64,000 nucleotides of DNA from an uncultured Alphaproteobacteria bacterium (GCA_947588275.1 CANPYJ010000002.1:2216-66215); one strand, 5' to 3'. Counted from the stretch's first letter, positions 1-10,769 are shown. The notes: generated by a model not told the origin, from the letters alone. Made by a program: numbers and translations.

Positions 1-184
1 GGCCTTCGCAGGTTTTGAGCAGATTGGTGACAAACTCGCCGCTGTTGCCCTCGACGTTGTCGGCAAATTCTACCACCACTACCCGAAAATTAATCTGCAA
101 CGCAGCTTCGGGCGACAAGTCTTCAGGCGAGGTCGACCGCGGCTTGAGAAACAGGGATTTTAAGAGTTCGAAAGGTCCCATCAT
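1..184 (-). CDS. hypothetical protein, N-terminal fragment running off the left edge
   Basis: ATG at 184 forms an ATGA overlap with the stop (181-183) of the upstream minus-strand gene. The frame stays open to position 1 (MMGPFELLKSLFLKPRSTSPEDLSPEAALQINFRVVVVEFADNVEG...). It is absent from the ORF track because it is truncated. Confidence 0.4.
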   Translation of the reverse strand, partial: MMGPFELLKSLFLKPRSTSPEDLSPEAALQINFRVVVVEFADNVEGNSGEFVTNLLKTCEG

Positions 185-1239
185 TTTTTCCGTTTTATCC
201 GGTTGAGGTTGTTTTTCAGATCGGTGGCGTTTTTCTTGAGTTCACTCATAATCTGCCGGTTGGTCTCGCCAAAGCTCAGAGGCCGAACATTCAGGTTTGT
301 CAGCCGAAGCATCTGCCATGCGGTGGCCAACGCACAAATAATCAACATGGAATACCAGTTCGGCGCATAAACCTGAAAACAGCCGAACAAAATCAGCAAT
401 ATGTTGATGCGTACGACATATTGGTTTGCAAGCTCAAGATTCAAGCCTTGCGCAACGGCTTTGGCCAACGCGGTGTCGGTCGGCAGATTTTGGTAACGAG
501 GTAAAAACGTGAGCTTCTGTCCTGCCGCAAAAACAAATTCAAACAAGGGATAAAGCAAAAATATCAGCAGCGCCGAAGCTCCGCCCTCGGCAACTTCCAA
601 GGCCAAAATGCCGCTCAGAATAAATCCGAGAAGTTCGGCACCGGCGGTGTTGAGCAAAGGTTTGCCGTCCGGAAGCCGATAAAAAAGAAGAGGCAGAACC
701 GCCGCGGCCAGACACAGGCCTTCGATGCCAAGGATAAACGGCGCCGCCCCCAAAATATAGAGCAAAAAAACGGCACCGGCAGTGCAAGCCGTCTGCGCCG
801 CAGCCGCCGTCGGAATATAATTGAGAACGCCAAAACTGACGGCACACAACGTCCACGCGCCGACAATCAGAAGCTGATTGAGCCACAACGGCCATGCAAA
901 TACTAAAACAGTCGGTATGGAGCCGCCAAAAACGGCTGCCGCCGCGCAAACAAAAATCAAAAGCGTCCGCCAGCCTATCGGCAGAGGTGCAAAAACCGTC
1001 AAGGCCAAAGGAAGCGCCGCGGTCAAAGGAGCAAAAAGACACCAAACCGACATCTCCGAGATGAAGTCGTTGTACGGATGAGGCTCAAACAAGCCGACAG
1101 CGGCAGCCAAGGCGGTCAACAGCAAGGCCGTCCAAGCCGGAGAATAAAATTTGCGAGTGCCGAGCAAAACCATTGCGGCGGCGGAGACGATCAAACAAAC
1201 AATGATGCCTGCAAGCGGAAAAAGAAACTGAAAGCTCAT
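181..1239 (-). CDS. polytopic inner-membrane protein, function unknown
   Basis: The 372-aa ORF is almost entirely hydrophobic A/L/G/V-rich segments, suggesting about 9-10 TM helices. The likely start is MSFQFLFPLAG at 1239; the ORF-track start is 1299. I recognised no family motif. Confidence 0.6.
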   Translation of the reverse strand: MSFQFLFPLAGIIVCLIVSAAAMVLLGTRKFYSPAWTALLLTALAAAVGLFEPHPYNDFISEMSVWCLFAPLTAALPLALTVFAPLPIGWRTLLIFVCAAAAVFGGSIPTVLVFAWPLWLNQLLIVGAWTLCAVSFGVLNYIPTAAAAQTACTAGAVFLLYILGAAPFILGIEGLCLAAAVLPLLFYRLPDGKPLLNTAGAELLGFILSGILALEVAEGGASALLIFLLYPLFEFVFAAGQKLTFLPRYQNLPTDTALAKAVAQGLNLELANQYVVRINILLILFGCFQVYAPNWYSMLIICALATAWQMLRLTNLNVRPLSFGETNRQIMSELKKNATDLKNNLNRIKRKK

Positions 1240-1318
1240 TCTGCCCTCTTGTTTTGTAATATCAGGCAAAAGTATAAACGGTCTTTGCCCGTTCTTCAAG
1301 AATCTTTGTGCGGTTATG

Positions 1319-2236
1319 CTAAGGATTGTTTGCCAACAACATCAGCTGCCGCCGCAGCAAAGGCGCCCGATGGTCGCTTTGGGCAAGACTGCGAAAAAGC
1401 ATTGCGGACAGCCGCTGCAGGCGCAGCAGACGCACAGGAGTCGAATCTGACAACAGCGGCGATGAACAGTTTTCCGGCAGCTTATGCAAAACGTTGATAA
1501 TTTGCTGATTGTTCAAGATTACATTGTCAACGGCCGCCAGTTCGGCAATTTCGTCAAGGCACTGTTCAAGCGTGCGACGTGCCGGCGTTTTTTTGAGAAC
1601 GCGGGCAACGCTTTTCTCCGGTCCGGCTCCAAAGATAAGAGCCAAGGCCCGCGGAGAAAGCCAGTTCCAGTAATTGACGGCATCGTTTTCGGAAGCTTTT
1701 GTCGCAATTGCCGCGGAGTCAAAAATGTCGGCCAGCGCGTGCATTTGCCGAGACTGCGGCGGCAAGGAGAAAACGAGGTCAGACGAGGCCGAAAACAGAG
1801 AAACGTGATTCTTGTTTTGTTGGAGCCAGCTGTCAAAATAAGCTTTGACAATCGGCAGGCCGAGCGTTTCGGAGATGAGGCCGGTCGGAACTTCCGGCTG
1901 CAGAGTGACAATCGGCACGGCTTTGATTTTTGAGGGAGAAAGCAACAGCAAATCACTGCGCAGGTTCGGGCTGTCCGAGCCAATAATCAGCAAGTCCGGC
2001 GAGGCTGTCTGCTCAAATGTGCAAAAAAACCGACAGCGGCGGCTTTGCAGGCGCGTTGTTTCTTTGATGATAATATCGGTGGCATTGTATTCGTCGGCTT
2101 CCTGAGGTCGGCACAACACGGTAACGCGATGACCGTATCTTTGCAAAGTTGCTCCCAGATACAGGCTTTGAGCCGAAGTTCCCAAAATGTGAATGTTTTG
2201 CGGCTGTACATCAGGTGTTTTTTTGTTGTCGGGCAT
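1319..2236 (-). CDS. PanE/ApbA (ketopantoate reductase)-like oxidoreductase-fold protein with a degenerate dinucleotide motif
   Basis: 305 aa. The N-terminus IHILGTSAQSLYLGATLQRYGHRVTVLCR resembles a Rossmann beta-alpha-beta unit in which GxGxxG is not conserved. The length is typical of the family. This is a weak call. Confidence 0.3.
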   Translation of the reverse strand: MPDNKKTPDVQPQNIHILGTSAQSLYLGATLQRYGHRVTVLCRPQEADEYNATDIIIKETTRLQSRRCRFFCTFEQTASPDLLIIGSDSPNLRSDLLLLSPSKIKAVPIVTLQPEVPTGLISETLGLPIVKAYFDSWLQQNKNHVSLFSASSDLVFSLPPQSRQMHALADIFDSAAIATKASENDAVNYWNWLSPRALALIFGAGPEKSVARVLKKTPARRTLEQCLDEIAELAAVDNVILNNQQIINVLHKLPENCSSPLLSDSTPVRLLRLQRLSAMLFRSLAQSDHRAPLLRRQLMLLANNP

Positions 2237-3493
2237 TTAGGCCTCCTTTTTCAAAACAGCGGCAAAAAAGCCGTCGGCCCCGCCAAAGGCGGCCAAATGC
2301 GACGGCAATATCCGCACCCAACCCTCGGGGGTTTTGAGTTCGTTTAACTCAGCCGGCAAGGCCGCGGGAAGAGTCTTAAAATCGGCGTGCGTTTGCAAAA
2401 AATCATTTATCCGGTCTTCTCCTTCGGCTTTGGAAAGCGAACAGGTGCAATAAACCAGACGCCCGTCGGCACAAACGGCTTCGGCCGCCAAATCAAGCAG
2501 CTTTTTCTGCGTGGCGGCAAGGGCTTCGACATCATGCAGATTTTTGATGTGTACCAATTCGGGATGACGGCGCAGCGTTCCGGTGGCCGAGCAGGGCGCG
2601 TCAAGCAGAACAAGGTCGTACGGCGCGCCGGTAAAGTTTTGCAGCCAGTCGACGGCGTCGGCGCAGATGATGTCAGATGCTTGCAGGTTGAGGCGCCGCA
2701 GATTTTGGCGCAGACGCTTCAAACGGGCAGAGGATATGTCCAAAGCGTCAACTTTGGCGCCGGCGGCAATAAGTTGTGCGGTTTTGCCGCCCGGAGCAGC
2801 ACATAAATCAAGCACGCGGCTGCCTTGCAGGCGGTCTAAGAGCCTGACCGGCAAAGCCGACGAAAAATCCTGCACCCACCATAAGCCTTCGTTGTATCCG
2901 GCAAGTTTGGCAACAGCCCCGTTGTTTTTGCATCGGCGGGTTCCGAGAGGCAAAACGACCGCGCCGGAAATTTCCACGCCGGATTTTACCGTAATGTCCA
3001 GTTCGGGTTCAAGGAGGGCGGCTTTTTCAATGGCGCTGACCGTCTTTTTGCCGTAAGAAGCATTGAGCAGGCGGCGAAATTCCGGCGGAAAAAAAACACT
3101 TTCGGCTTGCGGCCGCAAAACTTCTTTTTGAGCGCAGATTTTGCGTAAAACGGCATTGACGAATCCGGAAACATATTTGTCGGTGCGGGCTTTGGCAAGC
3201 TCTACCCAGCTGTTTATGACCGCGTAATCCGGCGTGTCAAGCCAGAAAGCTTCGGTTGTGCCTAAAATCAGCGCATATGAAGCAAAGTGCGCTTTAGGCG
3301 GCAGTTTTTTTGAGGCAAACCGTTTGAGAATCTGCCTTATGCCTGTCAGATGCCGCAGCGCCGTCTGCACCAGCATGTTTGCAAAAGCCGAATCTCCGGC
3401 GTCTTTAAAGCGTTCGCGCGCGTCGGCGGCAAAACGTTTGTTTTCTAAAATGTCCTGCAACAGCAAGGCGGCCGGCAAGCGCGTGTCTGACAT
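2237..3493 (-). CDS. rsmB: 16S rRNA (cytosine-C5) methyltransferase RsmB/Sun
   Basis: NusB-like N-terminus. SAM motif LDLCAAPGGKT, catalytic motifs LLDAPCSATGTLRRHPE and LVYCTCSL. Confidence 0.9.
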   Translation of the reverse strand: MSDTRLPAALLLQDILENKRFAADARERFKDAGDSAFANMLVQTALRHLTGIRQILKRFASKKLPPKAHFASYALILGTTEAFWLDTPDYAVINSWVELAKARTDKYVSGFVNAVLRKICAQKEVLRPQAESVFFPPEFRRLLNASYGKKTVSAIEKAALLEPELDITVKSGVEISGAVVLPLGTRRCKNNGAVAKLAGYNEGLWWVQDFSSALPVRLLDRLQGSRVLDLCAAPGGKTAQLIAAGAKVDALDISSARLKRLRQNLRRLNLQASDIICADAVDWLQNFTGAPYDLVLLDAPCSATGTLRRHPELVHIKNLHDVEALAATQKKLLDLAAEAVCADGRLVYCTCSLSKAEGEDRINDFLQTHADFKTLPAALPAELNELKTPEGWVRILPSHLAAFGGADGFFAAVLKKEA

Positions 3494-3628
3494 TGGCGAA
3501 TCCTTTACTCAATTGTTTAGATTTTAGATAATCGGGGCAAGAATTACAAGAGCGAAAATAAGGTCTTGTCAAATTTGTGAAACTAAGCTAATTTTGAAAA
3601 AGTTTTTCGTTTTGGGGATACACTGATT

Positions 3629-6082
3629 ATGAGCAAAAAATTTGACGGTAAGGCCGACTTTGCAGAGTGGAAAAAAAGCTGGGCTTTGGAAGAACGCTAC
3701 AATTTTAAGAAAATAGAGAAAAAATGGCAGGAAATTTGGGAGGACGAGAAGGCTTACAAGGTTGAAATCGATAAAAATAAAGAGAAGTTTTATGCTTTGG
3801 TCGAGTTTCCGTATCCTTCCGGCGCCGGTCTGCATGTGGGGCATCCGCGCTCTTATACGGCTTTGGACGTGATTGCCCGCAAAAAACGCATGCAGGGTTT
3901 TAACGTGCTGTATCCGATGGGTTTTGACGCTTTCGGTTTGCCGGCCGAAAACTATGCCATTAAGACCGGCGTGCATCCGGCCATTTCTACCAAGGCTAAT
4001 ATCGAGACGTTCACCAGACAGCTGAAGTCGCTGGGATTTAGTTTCGACTGGGACAGATGTATTACCACCTGCGATCCGGAATATTATAAGTGGACCCAGT
4101 GGATGTTTATTAAGTTTTTTGAAAAAGGGTTGGCTTACAAAGACAAAATAGCCATCAATTGGTGTCCGAGCTGCAAAGTCGGTTTGGCTAATGAAGAAGT
4201 CGTCAACGGACATTGCGAACGCTGCGGCGCCGAAGTGGTGCGGCGCGATAAAGAGCAATGGATGATTGCCATTACCAAATATGCCGATCGCCTGATTGAA
4301 GATTTGGCGGATTTGGACTTTATCGATCGGGTCAAAACGCAGCAGATTAACTGGATTGGGCGTTCGGAAGGTGCCGAACTTGATTTTGCGTTCGGCGACG
4401 ACAAGCTAACGGTGTTTACGACACGTCCGGATACGGCGTTTGGCGTTACTTATATGGTTTTGGCACCGGAGCATGAGTTTGTGCAAAAATATATGAGCCG
4501 CTTTGAGAATCCTGACGAAGTAAAGGCCTATGTGGAAGCAACGGCCAAAAAATCGGATTTGCAGCGGACAATGGACGACTCTAAAACCGGCGTCGAACTC
4601 AAGGGTATGAAAGCCAAAAATCCGTTTACCGGCACCGAAATTCCGGTGTTTATTTCCGATTATGTCCTTACCGGCTACGGAACCGGCGCAATTATGGCGG
4701 TGCCGGCGCATGATCAGCGCGACTACGATTTTGCCAAAGTTTTTAAGCTGCCGATTGTTCAGGTTTTGGAAGGCGGCGACATTTCGGAAAAAGCGTGGGA
4801 AGAAGACGGCGCGCATATCAACTCGGGCTTTTTGAACGGCATGAACAAAGAGCAAGGTATGAAAGCGGCGATTGATTATGCGGTTAAAAACGGTTTTGGC
4901 CGCGCCAAGGTCAACTTTAAGCTGCGTGACTGGGTGTTCTCGCGCCAGCGGTATTGGGGCGAACCCATTCCGATGGTTTACTGCGAACATTGCGGTTGGC
5001 AGCCGATTCCGGAATCCGAGCTGCCGCTTACCTTGCCTCCGGTACCGGACTATCATCCGAATGATGAGGGAGAATCGCCTTTGTCAAAGGCCGGCGACTG
5101 GCTCAATGCCACTTGTCCGAAATGCGGCGGCAAGGCGCGGCGCGAAACTGATACCATGCCCAACTGGGCCGGTTCTTCATGGTATTTTCTGCGTTATTGC
5201 GATCCGCATAACGATAAGGAATTCGCTTCAAAAGAAACCCTTGATTATTGGATGAACGTGGACTGGTACAACGGCGGTATGGAGCATACCACGTTGCATC
5301 TGCTGTATTCGCGTTTTTGGCACAAGTTTTTGTACGACTGCGGGTTGGTGCCGACTAAGGAGCCTTATAACAAACGGACGTCTCATGGGATGATTTTGGC
5401 CGAGAACGGCGAAAAAATGTCAAAATCACGCGGCAATGTGATTAATCCGGACGATATTGTCAATGCTTACGGCGCCGATACGTTTCGTCTTTATGAAATG
5501 TTTATCGGACCGTTTGATCAGGCGGCAATGTGGTCGGACGAAAGCCTTATGGGCGTGTATCGTTTTGTCGGCAAAGTGTATACCTTGTTTGCCAAAGTTG
5601 TTTCGGATCTCAAACCCGACGAGGCGGATTTGAGGGCAATGCATAAGTGTATTTTGGAAGTGACGGAACGCATTGACCAAATGAAGTTTAACACCGCCGT
5701 TTCATCACTGATGACGTATGTGAACTATCTTTCGTCCAAGCCGCAAATTGCAGCGGAGCTGTATCGCACGCTAATCTTGTTGATGGCTCCGTTTACGCCG
5801 CATTTGGCCGAGGAAATGTGGGCCAGACTTGGTTATGACACTTTGGTTGTTAAGGAAAAATGGCCGCAGGGCGATGCCAAACTGGCTGAAGATACGAATG
5901 TGACCTATGCGGTGCAAATCTGCGGCAAGGTACGCGGTACTATTGAACTGCCCAAAAACGCGTTGCGCGAGGACGTCGAACAGGCGGCGCTTCAAGTGCC
6001 GAATGTGCGGCGGCAGCTTGAGGGCAAAGAGGTGCGCAAGATTATTGTGGTGCCGAACAAGATTGTCAATATTGTGGCTTAA
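3629..6082 (+). CDS. leuS: leucine--tRNA ligase
   Basis: 817 aa with the class I motifs HVGHPRSY (HIGH-type) and KMSKSRGN. CP1 and zinc-type cysteine pairs are present (CPSC, CERC). Confidence 0.97.
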   Translation: MSKKFDGKADFAEWKKSWALEERYNFKKIEKKWQEIWEDEKAYKVEIDKNKEKFYALVEFPYPSGAGLHVGHPRSYTALDVIARKKRMQGFNVLYPMGFDAFGLPAENYAIKTGVHPAISTKANIETFTRQLKSLGFSFDWDRCITTCDPEYYKWTQWMFIKFFEKGLAYKDKIAINWCPSCKVGLANEEVVNGHCERCGAEVVRRDKEQWMIAITKYADRLIEDLADLDFIDRVKTQQINWIGRSEGAELDFAFGDDKLTVFTTRPDTAFGVTYMVLAPEHEFVQKYMSRFENPDEVKAYVEATAKKSDLQRTMDDSKTGVELKGMKAKNPFTGTEIPVFISDYVLTGYGTGAIMAVPAHDQRDYDFAKVFKLPIVQVLEGGDISEKAWEEDGAHINSGFLNGMNKEQGMKAAIDYAVKNGFGRAKVNFKLRDWVFSRQRYWGEPIPMVYCEHCGWQPIPESELPLTLPPVPDYHPNDEGESPLSKAGDWLNATCPKCGGKARRETDTMPNWAGSSWYFLRYCDPHNDKEFASKETLDYWMNVDWYNGGMEHTTLHLLYSRFWHKFLYDCGLVPTKEPYNKRTSHGMILAENGEKMSKSRGNVINPDDIVNAYGADTFRLYEMFIGPFDQAAMWSDESLMGVYRFVGKVYTLFAKVVSDLKPDEADLRAMHKCILEVTERIDQMKFNTAVSSLMTYVNYLSSKPQIAAELYRTLILLMAPFTPHLAEEMWARLGYDTLVVKEKWPQGDAKLAEDTNVTYAVQICGKVRGTIELPKNALREDVEQAALQVPNVRRQLEGKEVRKIIVVPNKIVNIVA

Positions 6083-6114
6083 AGACGCCATATCGGTTGG
6101 TTTGGGAGCAACGC

Positions 6115-6669
6115 ATGAAAAAACTTTGGCTTGGGTTTTGGGCGGCGGTCTTGTCGGCCGGCTGTGGTTTTGAACCGCTGTATGTGCAGCGCGACACAAA
6201 GTCGGCTTGGTATTTCGGCGGTCAGACAGATACTTCGATTACGGCGGAAATGGCGCAAATCAAGGTGGAGCCGATTGCCGAAAGGTTTGGCCAGCAGATC
6301 CGCAACGATTTGCTGGATTTGCTGACTCCGCGCGGAATGCCGAAGAATCCGCGTTATCGACTCAAAGTTTATGTCATCAGCCGCGACGTTACCCAGCAAG
6401 CCATGCGCCGCGATATTACCGCAACCAACGAACGCGTCAGCTATAGAATCGGCTATGAGCTTTATTCGGATAATCAGGAACAACTGCTTAAAGGCGACAG
6501 CGTGGCGTTTGTGAGCTACGATATTATGGCCAATCCATACTCAACCACCATGGCGCAAAAAAAGACAGAAGCTGACGCGGCTAAAATCGTGGCTAATGAC
6601 ATTGCGCTTCGGCTGGGGGCATATTTTCATTTGCAGCACAGCAGAGGGGTGAGCGGCAGTGATTTATAA
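6115..6669 (+). CDS. lptE: LPS-assembly lipoprotein LptE
   Basis: Signal peptide plus lipobox MKKLWLGFWAAVLSAGC. It sits in the conserved leuS-lptE-holA position. The ORF-track start at 6097 is probably too early. Confidence 0.75.
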   Translation: MKKLWLGFWAAVLSAGCGFEPLYVQRDTKSAWYFGGQTDTSITAEMAQIKVEPIAERFGQQIRNDLLDLLTPRGMPKNPRYRLKVYVISRDVTQQAMRRDITATNERVSYRIGYELYSDNQEQLLKGDSVAFVSYDIMANPYSTTMAQKKTEADAAKIVANDIALRLGAYFHLQHSRGVSGSDL

Positions 6670-7693
6670 AGCGGCGCAGCTTGATAAATATCTTAAGAAA
6701 CCCGAATCGGGCATCCGCGGCTTTTTGATTTATGGCAGCAACGAAGGCTTGGTTGCCGAATATTTGCGCAAATTGATTTTGAGCGTGTCGGCGGATTTGT
6801 ATGATCCGTTTGCGGTGGCTTATCTGGAAGGCGCCGACGTCAATGCCGATGTCGGCGTATTGGCTGCCGAATATAACAGTCGTTCGCTGATAGGCGGCCG
6901 TCGCGCGGTGGTGGTGAAAGATGCCGACAATAATTTGACCAAACACCTCAAAGCGCTGTTGGAAAACGGCGTTAACGAAGACGCGCTGCTGATTATCTGC
7001 GGAGTGGCGCTGAACAAAAAGTCTTCGCTGGTCAGTTTGGCGGAAAAACGCGATGATTTTGCCGTGATTGCGTGTTATGAAGACCGTGACGAGGACATTT
7101 CCGCCTCCGTTCGCAGCAAATTTGTCGAAGCCGGTGTTACCATCGGCCGCGACGCTTTGGACCTCTTGCGCGCACGGCTGTCCAACGACCGCAAATCCAA
7201 TTTGGGAGAGATTGACAAGCTGATAACTTATATCGGCGACAAAAAGAATGTAACTGTTGAAGATGTGCGCGCCGCCGTGTCTGATCAATCGTCAATGTCA
7301 GGAGAAGACTTATGTTATTTTACGGCCGGCGGAATGATTGCGCAGGCCCAGGCCGCGCTTGGCAAAATGCTGGCGGAAGGCGAAGACGCGGTGGGTATTG
7401 TGCGGGCGCTGAGTTATCATTTCGGGCGGCTGCTTGTCTGCAAGTCCGATATGGAAAAAGGTCAAACGGCCGATGCGGCGGTCAATTCGTTGGTGCCGAA
7501 ATTATTGTATTTCAGAGTGCCGGATTTTAAACGGCAGCTTTTTATCTGGCCGCGTGAAAAAATACTCGGGGCTTTAGAGCTTTTGTACAAATGTGAAAAA
7601 GACTGCAAGACAACCAATATGCCGGCGGAAGAAGTGTTGAGCTACGCCGTTTTGCAGCTCGCCGGCGGTGCGGCCAAACTCGCTCAGCGTTAA
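6659..7693 (+). CDS. holA: DNA polymerase III subunit delta
   Basis: 344 aa with a GTG start overlapping the lptE stop. It lies in the conserved position after lptE, and its size and helical C-terminus fit HolA. Confidence 0.75.
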   Translation: MIYKAAQLDKYLKKPESGIRGFLIYGSNEGLVAEYLRKLILSVSADLYDPFAVAYLEGADVNADVGVLAAEYNSRSLIGGRRAVVVKDADNNLTKHLKALLENGVNEDALLIICGVALNKKSSLVSLAEKRDDFAVIACYEDRDEDISASVRSKFVEAGVTIGRDALDLLRARLSNDRKSNLGEIDKLITYIGDKKNVTVEDVRAAVSDQSSMSGEDLCYFTAGGMIAQAQAALGKMLAEGEDAVGIVRALSYHFGRLLVCKSDMEKGQTADAAVNSLVPKLLYFRVPDFKRQLFIWPREKILGALELLYKCEKDCKTTNMPAEEVLSYAVLQLAGGAAKLAQR

Positions 7694-7760
7694 AAGTCGA
7701 ATCATTTTAGGCATTTCTTAAATCTCTTGCGCTAAGCTCAGACAAAAGACAGGAGCGCTG

Positions 7761-9065
7761 ATGTTTAAGCGATGGATAATGGCGGCGAAGATTTATGCCG
7801 ACCGTCGAATGCTAAAAATGATTCTGCTTGGTTTTTCAAGCGGATTTCCTTATTTGCTGGTTTTCGGAACTTTTAGTCTTTGGCTTAAAGACGCCGGCGT
7901 TTCGCTGGCGGCGATAGGTTTGTTTTCTTTGGCCAAAGCGCCCTACAGTCTCAAATGGCTTTGGTCGCCGCTGGTCGATAATGTGAGGCTGCCGGTGTTA
8001 GGGCGGTTGGGACGACGACGCGGTTGGGCGTTGTTGGCACAAATTGCCCTGTTTTTGTCGTTGATGGGAATGGCCGCGACTAATCCGGCGCTGCATCCTT
8101 GGCAAATGGCGGCGTTTGCGTTTTTGACAACGATGGCTTCGGCAACGCAGGATATTGTGCTTGACGCTTATCGTATTGAAAGCTTTGAGTCTCATGAACA
8201 AGGTGCCGGTGTGGCCGTTTTTGTGCTCGGTTATCGTATCGGAACGGTTTTTTCGGGTGCCGGTGCGCTGTTTTTGGCGGCCGTGATGTCATGGAAGCAC
8301 GTTTATGAGATTATGTCTTTGGGGGCGTTGGTCGGTATGCTTGCCGTCATTTTGAGTCGTGAACCGCAACACAGTCTGAGCTTATGTCCAGCGGCCAAGT
8401 CCGCGAAGTCTATGCGGCAGAAATTCGCGGATTTTTTACGTCGTGCGGTTTATGCGCCGTTGGCTGATTTTGTTCAGAGGCCGCATTGGCTGCTGATTTT
8501 GCTGTTTGTGCTGCTTTACCGAATGAGCGACGCCTATATGGCACCGATGGTGTATCCGTTTTATGACGATATGGGTTTCAGCAAAATCGAGATTGCGTCG
8601 GTCACCAAAATTTACGGGGTTTTGGCCACCATTGCCGGCACCTTTGTCGGCGGGCTTTTGGTCAGTCGTTGCGGAGTGATGCGGGCGTTGCTTTGGTGCG
8701 GAATTTTGCAGGGAGTGTCAAATCTGGTATTTGTAGGACAGGCGGCCGCCGGACATAATGTTTATGTCTTAATGGCGACCATTTCGGTCGAAAATATTTC
8801 CGGCGGCATGGGAACGGCGGCTTTTGTGGCTTATTTGTCGCAGCTTTGTCACGCAGAATATACGGCCACGCAATATGCGCTGTTGTCATCGCTGATGAGT
8901 TTGGCGCGCGACGTTTTTGCCGCCACGTCCGGATTTGCGGCGGCTGCGGTATCATGGCCGGTGTTTTTTGTCGAAACGACTTTGATGGCGGTTCCGGGGT
9001 TAGTTATTCTTTATTTTTTGAATCGGGACGCGCCTAAACCTTGTAAGGCAGCAAAGCATAAATAA
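7761..9065 (+). CDS. ampG: AmpG-family muropeptide/MFS permease
   Basis: The N-terminus ILLGFSSGFPYLLVFGTFSLWLKDAGVSLAAIGLFSLAKAPYSLKWLWSPLVD matches the AmpG signature region. It is a polytopic MFS-type protein. Confidence 0.85.
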   Translation: MFKRWIMAAKIYADRRMLKMILLGFSSGFPYLLVFGTFSLWLKDAGVSLAAIGLFSLAKAPYSLKWLWSPLVDNVRLPVLGRLGRRRGWALLAQIALFLSLMGMAATNPALHPWQMAAFAFLTTMASATQDIVLDAYRIESFESHEQGAGVAVFVLGYRIGTVFSGAGALFLAAVMSWKHVYEIMSLGALVGMLAVILSREPQHSLSLCPAAKSAKSMRQKFADFLRRAVYAPLADFVQRPHWLLILLFVLLYRMSDAYMAPMVYPFYDDMGFSKIEIASVTKIYGVLATIAGTFVGGLLVSRCGVMRALLWCGILQGVSNLVFVGQAAAGHNVYVLMATISVENISGGMGTAAFVAYLSQLCHAEYTATQYALLSSLMSLARDVFAATSGFAAAAVSWPVFFVETTLMAVPGLVILYFLNRDAPKPCKAAKHK

Positions 9066-9795
9066 GGCTGCTGACGCAATTGGGCAAAATCGATACCAGC
9101 CATGCGGACAACCGCATAGGCCATGGAAACGCAATCAAACCCACGTTTTTTTCAATACCGCGGGCAATAATTTCGGCCGCTTGCGGAGCTTCCATAAAAA
9201 ATGGCATCGGGCAGGTGTTTTGGTCGGTAATGCGCGAGCGAACAAACCCCGGACAAATGACGTTAAACTGGATTTTTTCGCGTTTCAGCGCCGGCCGCAA
9301 CGCTTCGCCCCAGGCTTTTACGCAGGATTTGCTGGCACTGTATGAAGGACATGTCATGAGTCCGTGATAGCCGGCGATAGAGCTGGTGACGGCGATAGCA
9401 CGTGGACTTGCGTCGCCGCGGGCGCGATAAATTTCCAAGACGGGAACAACGGTGTTGACGACACCTCCGACATTGGTATCAAAGGTGCGAAAGACGTTTT
9501 CAGACGTTTCGGCGCCGGTTGAAACGCCGGCGTTGGCAAAAACGAGGTTAAGCGGCGCCTTCTGGTTGCAGGCGGCAATCCACTCGGCGGTTTTGTCACG
9601 GTCGGCGACATCCAGAATTTTGGTCTGCACTTTGGCTCCTTGAGCGCGGCAGGCTTCGGCCACGGATGTCAGGCGTTTGGCGTTGCGTCCGCACAAAAAC
9701 AAGTGTTCGGCGCCGCTGCCGGCGTAGTGGCGGGCCAAGGCTTCGCCAATTCCGCTGGAGGCGCCGGTAATTAAAATATTTGCAAATTTGAGCAT
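9034..9795 (-). CDS. short-chain dehydrogenase/reductase (SDR)
   Basis: ITGASSGIGEALA (TGxxxGxG) and YSASK (YxxxK). The likely start is MLKFANI at 9795. Its 3' end overlaps ampG convergently by 32 nt. Confidence 0.85.
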   Translation of the reverse strand: MLKFANILITGASSGIGEALARHYAGSGAEHLFLCGRNAKRLTSVAEACRAQGAKVQTKILDVADRDKTAEWIAACNQKAPLNLVFANAGVSTGAETSENVFRTFDTNVGGVVNTVVPVLEIYRARGDASPRAIAVTSSIAGYHGLMTCPSYSASKSCVKAWGEALRPALKREKIQFNVICPGFVRSRITDQNTCPMPFFMEAPQAAEIIARGIEKNVGLIAFPWPMRLSAWLVSILPNCVSSLIYALLPYKV

Positions 9796-9869
9796 AAAAG
9801 TTCTCCGCAGTAAAAACTTTTTAAGTATTTGACTATATAATATCTCAAAGTCAAAAAAGGAGTAGTGCT

Positions 9870-10769
9870 TTGAGTATAGCAAGTATGACCGGATTTGCAA
9901 GAGCCGGCGGCGAGATACAGACAGGATCGCGCTGTCTTGGCTGGCAGTTTGAAATTAAGAGCGTCAACGGCAAGACGCTTGAGATTAAGACGCGTTTGCC
10001 GCAGTCTTATGAAGACATGGCGGTTGAGTTCAAAAAAATTGCCGGCAAATATTTGCAGCGTGGCAACGTCAGTTTGGCGCTTGAATTGCGTGACACGCCG
10101 ACGGAAGCGTCGGTGCGGATTAACGAGGCGTTGCTGACGGCATTGGCCGACAAGGCGCTGGATTTATATCGGAGTTATCGGGGAGAAATTGAAAAGCCGC
10201 GCAGCAGTGAGCTTTTGGCGATTAAAGGGGTGATAGAAACCGAGGAAACGCCGCTTGATGAAACGGTTGAACAAGAATTGCGCCGCCGGCTGACTGCCGA
10301 TTTTGAGGTTTTGTGTCAAAAACTGGCCGCCGATCGGCAGGCCGAAGGGCAAAAAATCGGTTTGGCGTTGCAAGATATTTTAAGCAAAATCGGAGCCGTG
10401 ACGGCGCAAATTGACGCGATTGCCGATGCACAGCCCGACAAAATAAAGGCCAAGCTTCAAGAACAGCTCAAACTTTTGAGCGATGCGCCGGTGAGCGAAG
10501 ACCGATTGGCGCAGGAGATTGTGTTTTTTGTTACCAGAGCGGACGTCCGCGAAGAAGTCGACCGGCTTAAAGCACATTTGAAAACCGCCGCAGAATTGCT
10601 GAAAAGTTCTGAGGCCGTCGGGCGGCGGTTGGATTTTTTGTGTCAGGAACTCAATCGCGAAGCCAACACGACTTGCTCCAAGTCAACGGATACGACGCTG
10701 ACCGCTTTGGGAATGGAACTTAAAGCGCTGATAGAACAGTTTCGTGAACAAGTGCAAAACATAGAATAA
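9870..10769 (+). CDS. yicC: YicC-family stress-induced protein
   Basis: TTG start with an AGGAG 7 nt upstream. N-terminus SMTGFAR and C-terminal motif DFLCQELNREANTTCSKS. Confidence 0.88.
   Translation: MSIASMTGFARAGGEIQTGSRCLGWQFEIKSVNGKTLEIKTRLPQSYEDMAVEFKKIAGKYLQRGNVSLALELRDTPTEASVRINEALLTALADKALDLYRSYRGEIEKPRSSELLAIKGVIETEETPLDETVEQELRRRLTADFEVLCQKLAADRQAEGQKIGLALQDILSKIGAVTAQIDAIADAQPDKIKAKLQEQLKLLSDAPVSEDRLAQEIVFFVTRADVREEVDRLKAHLKTAAELLKSSEAVGRRLDFLCQELNREANTTCSKSTDTTLTALGMELKALIEQFREQVQNIE

Noticed and set aside
15-206. A 63-aa plus-strand ORF at the left edge.
   Set aside because: The minus strand carries an open frame with an ATGA-coupled start at 184, continuing the minus-strand operon. 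The plus-strand ORF has no signals.
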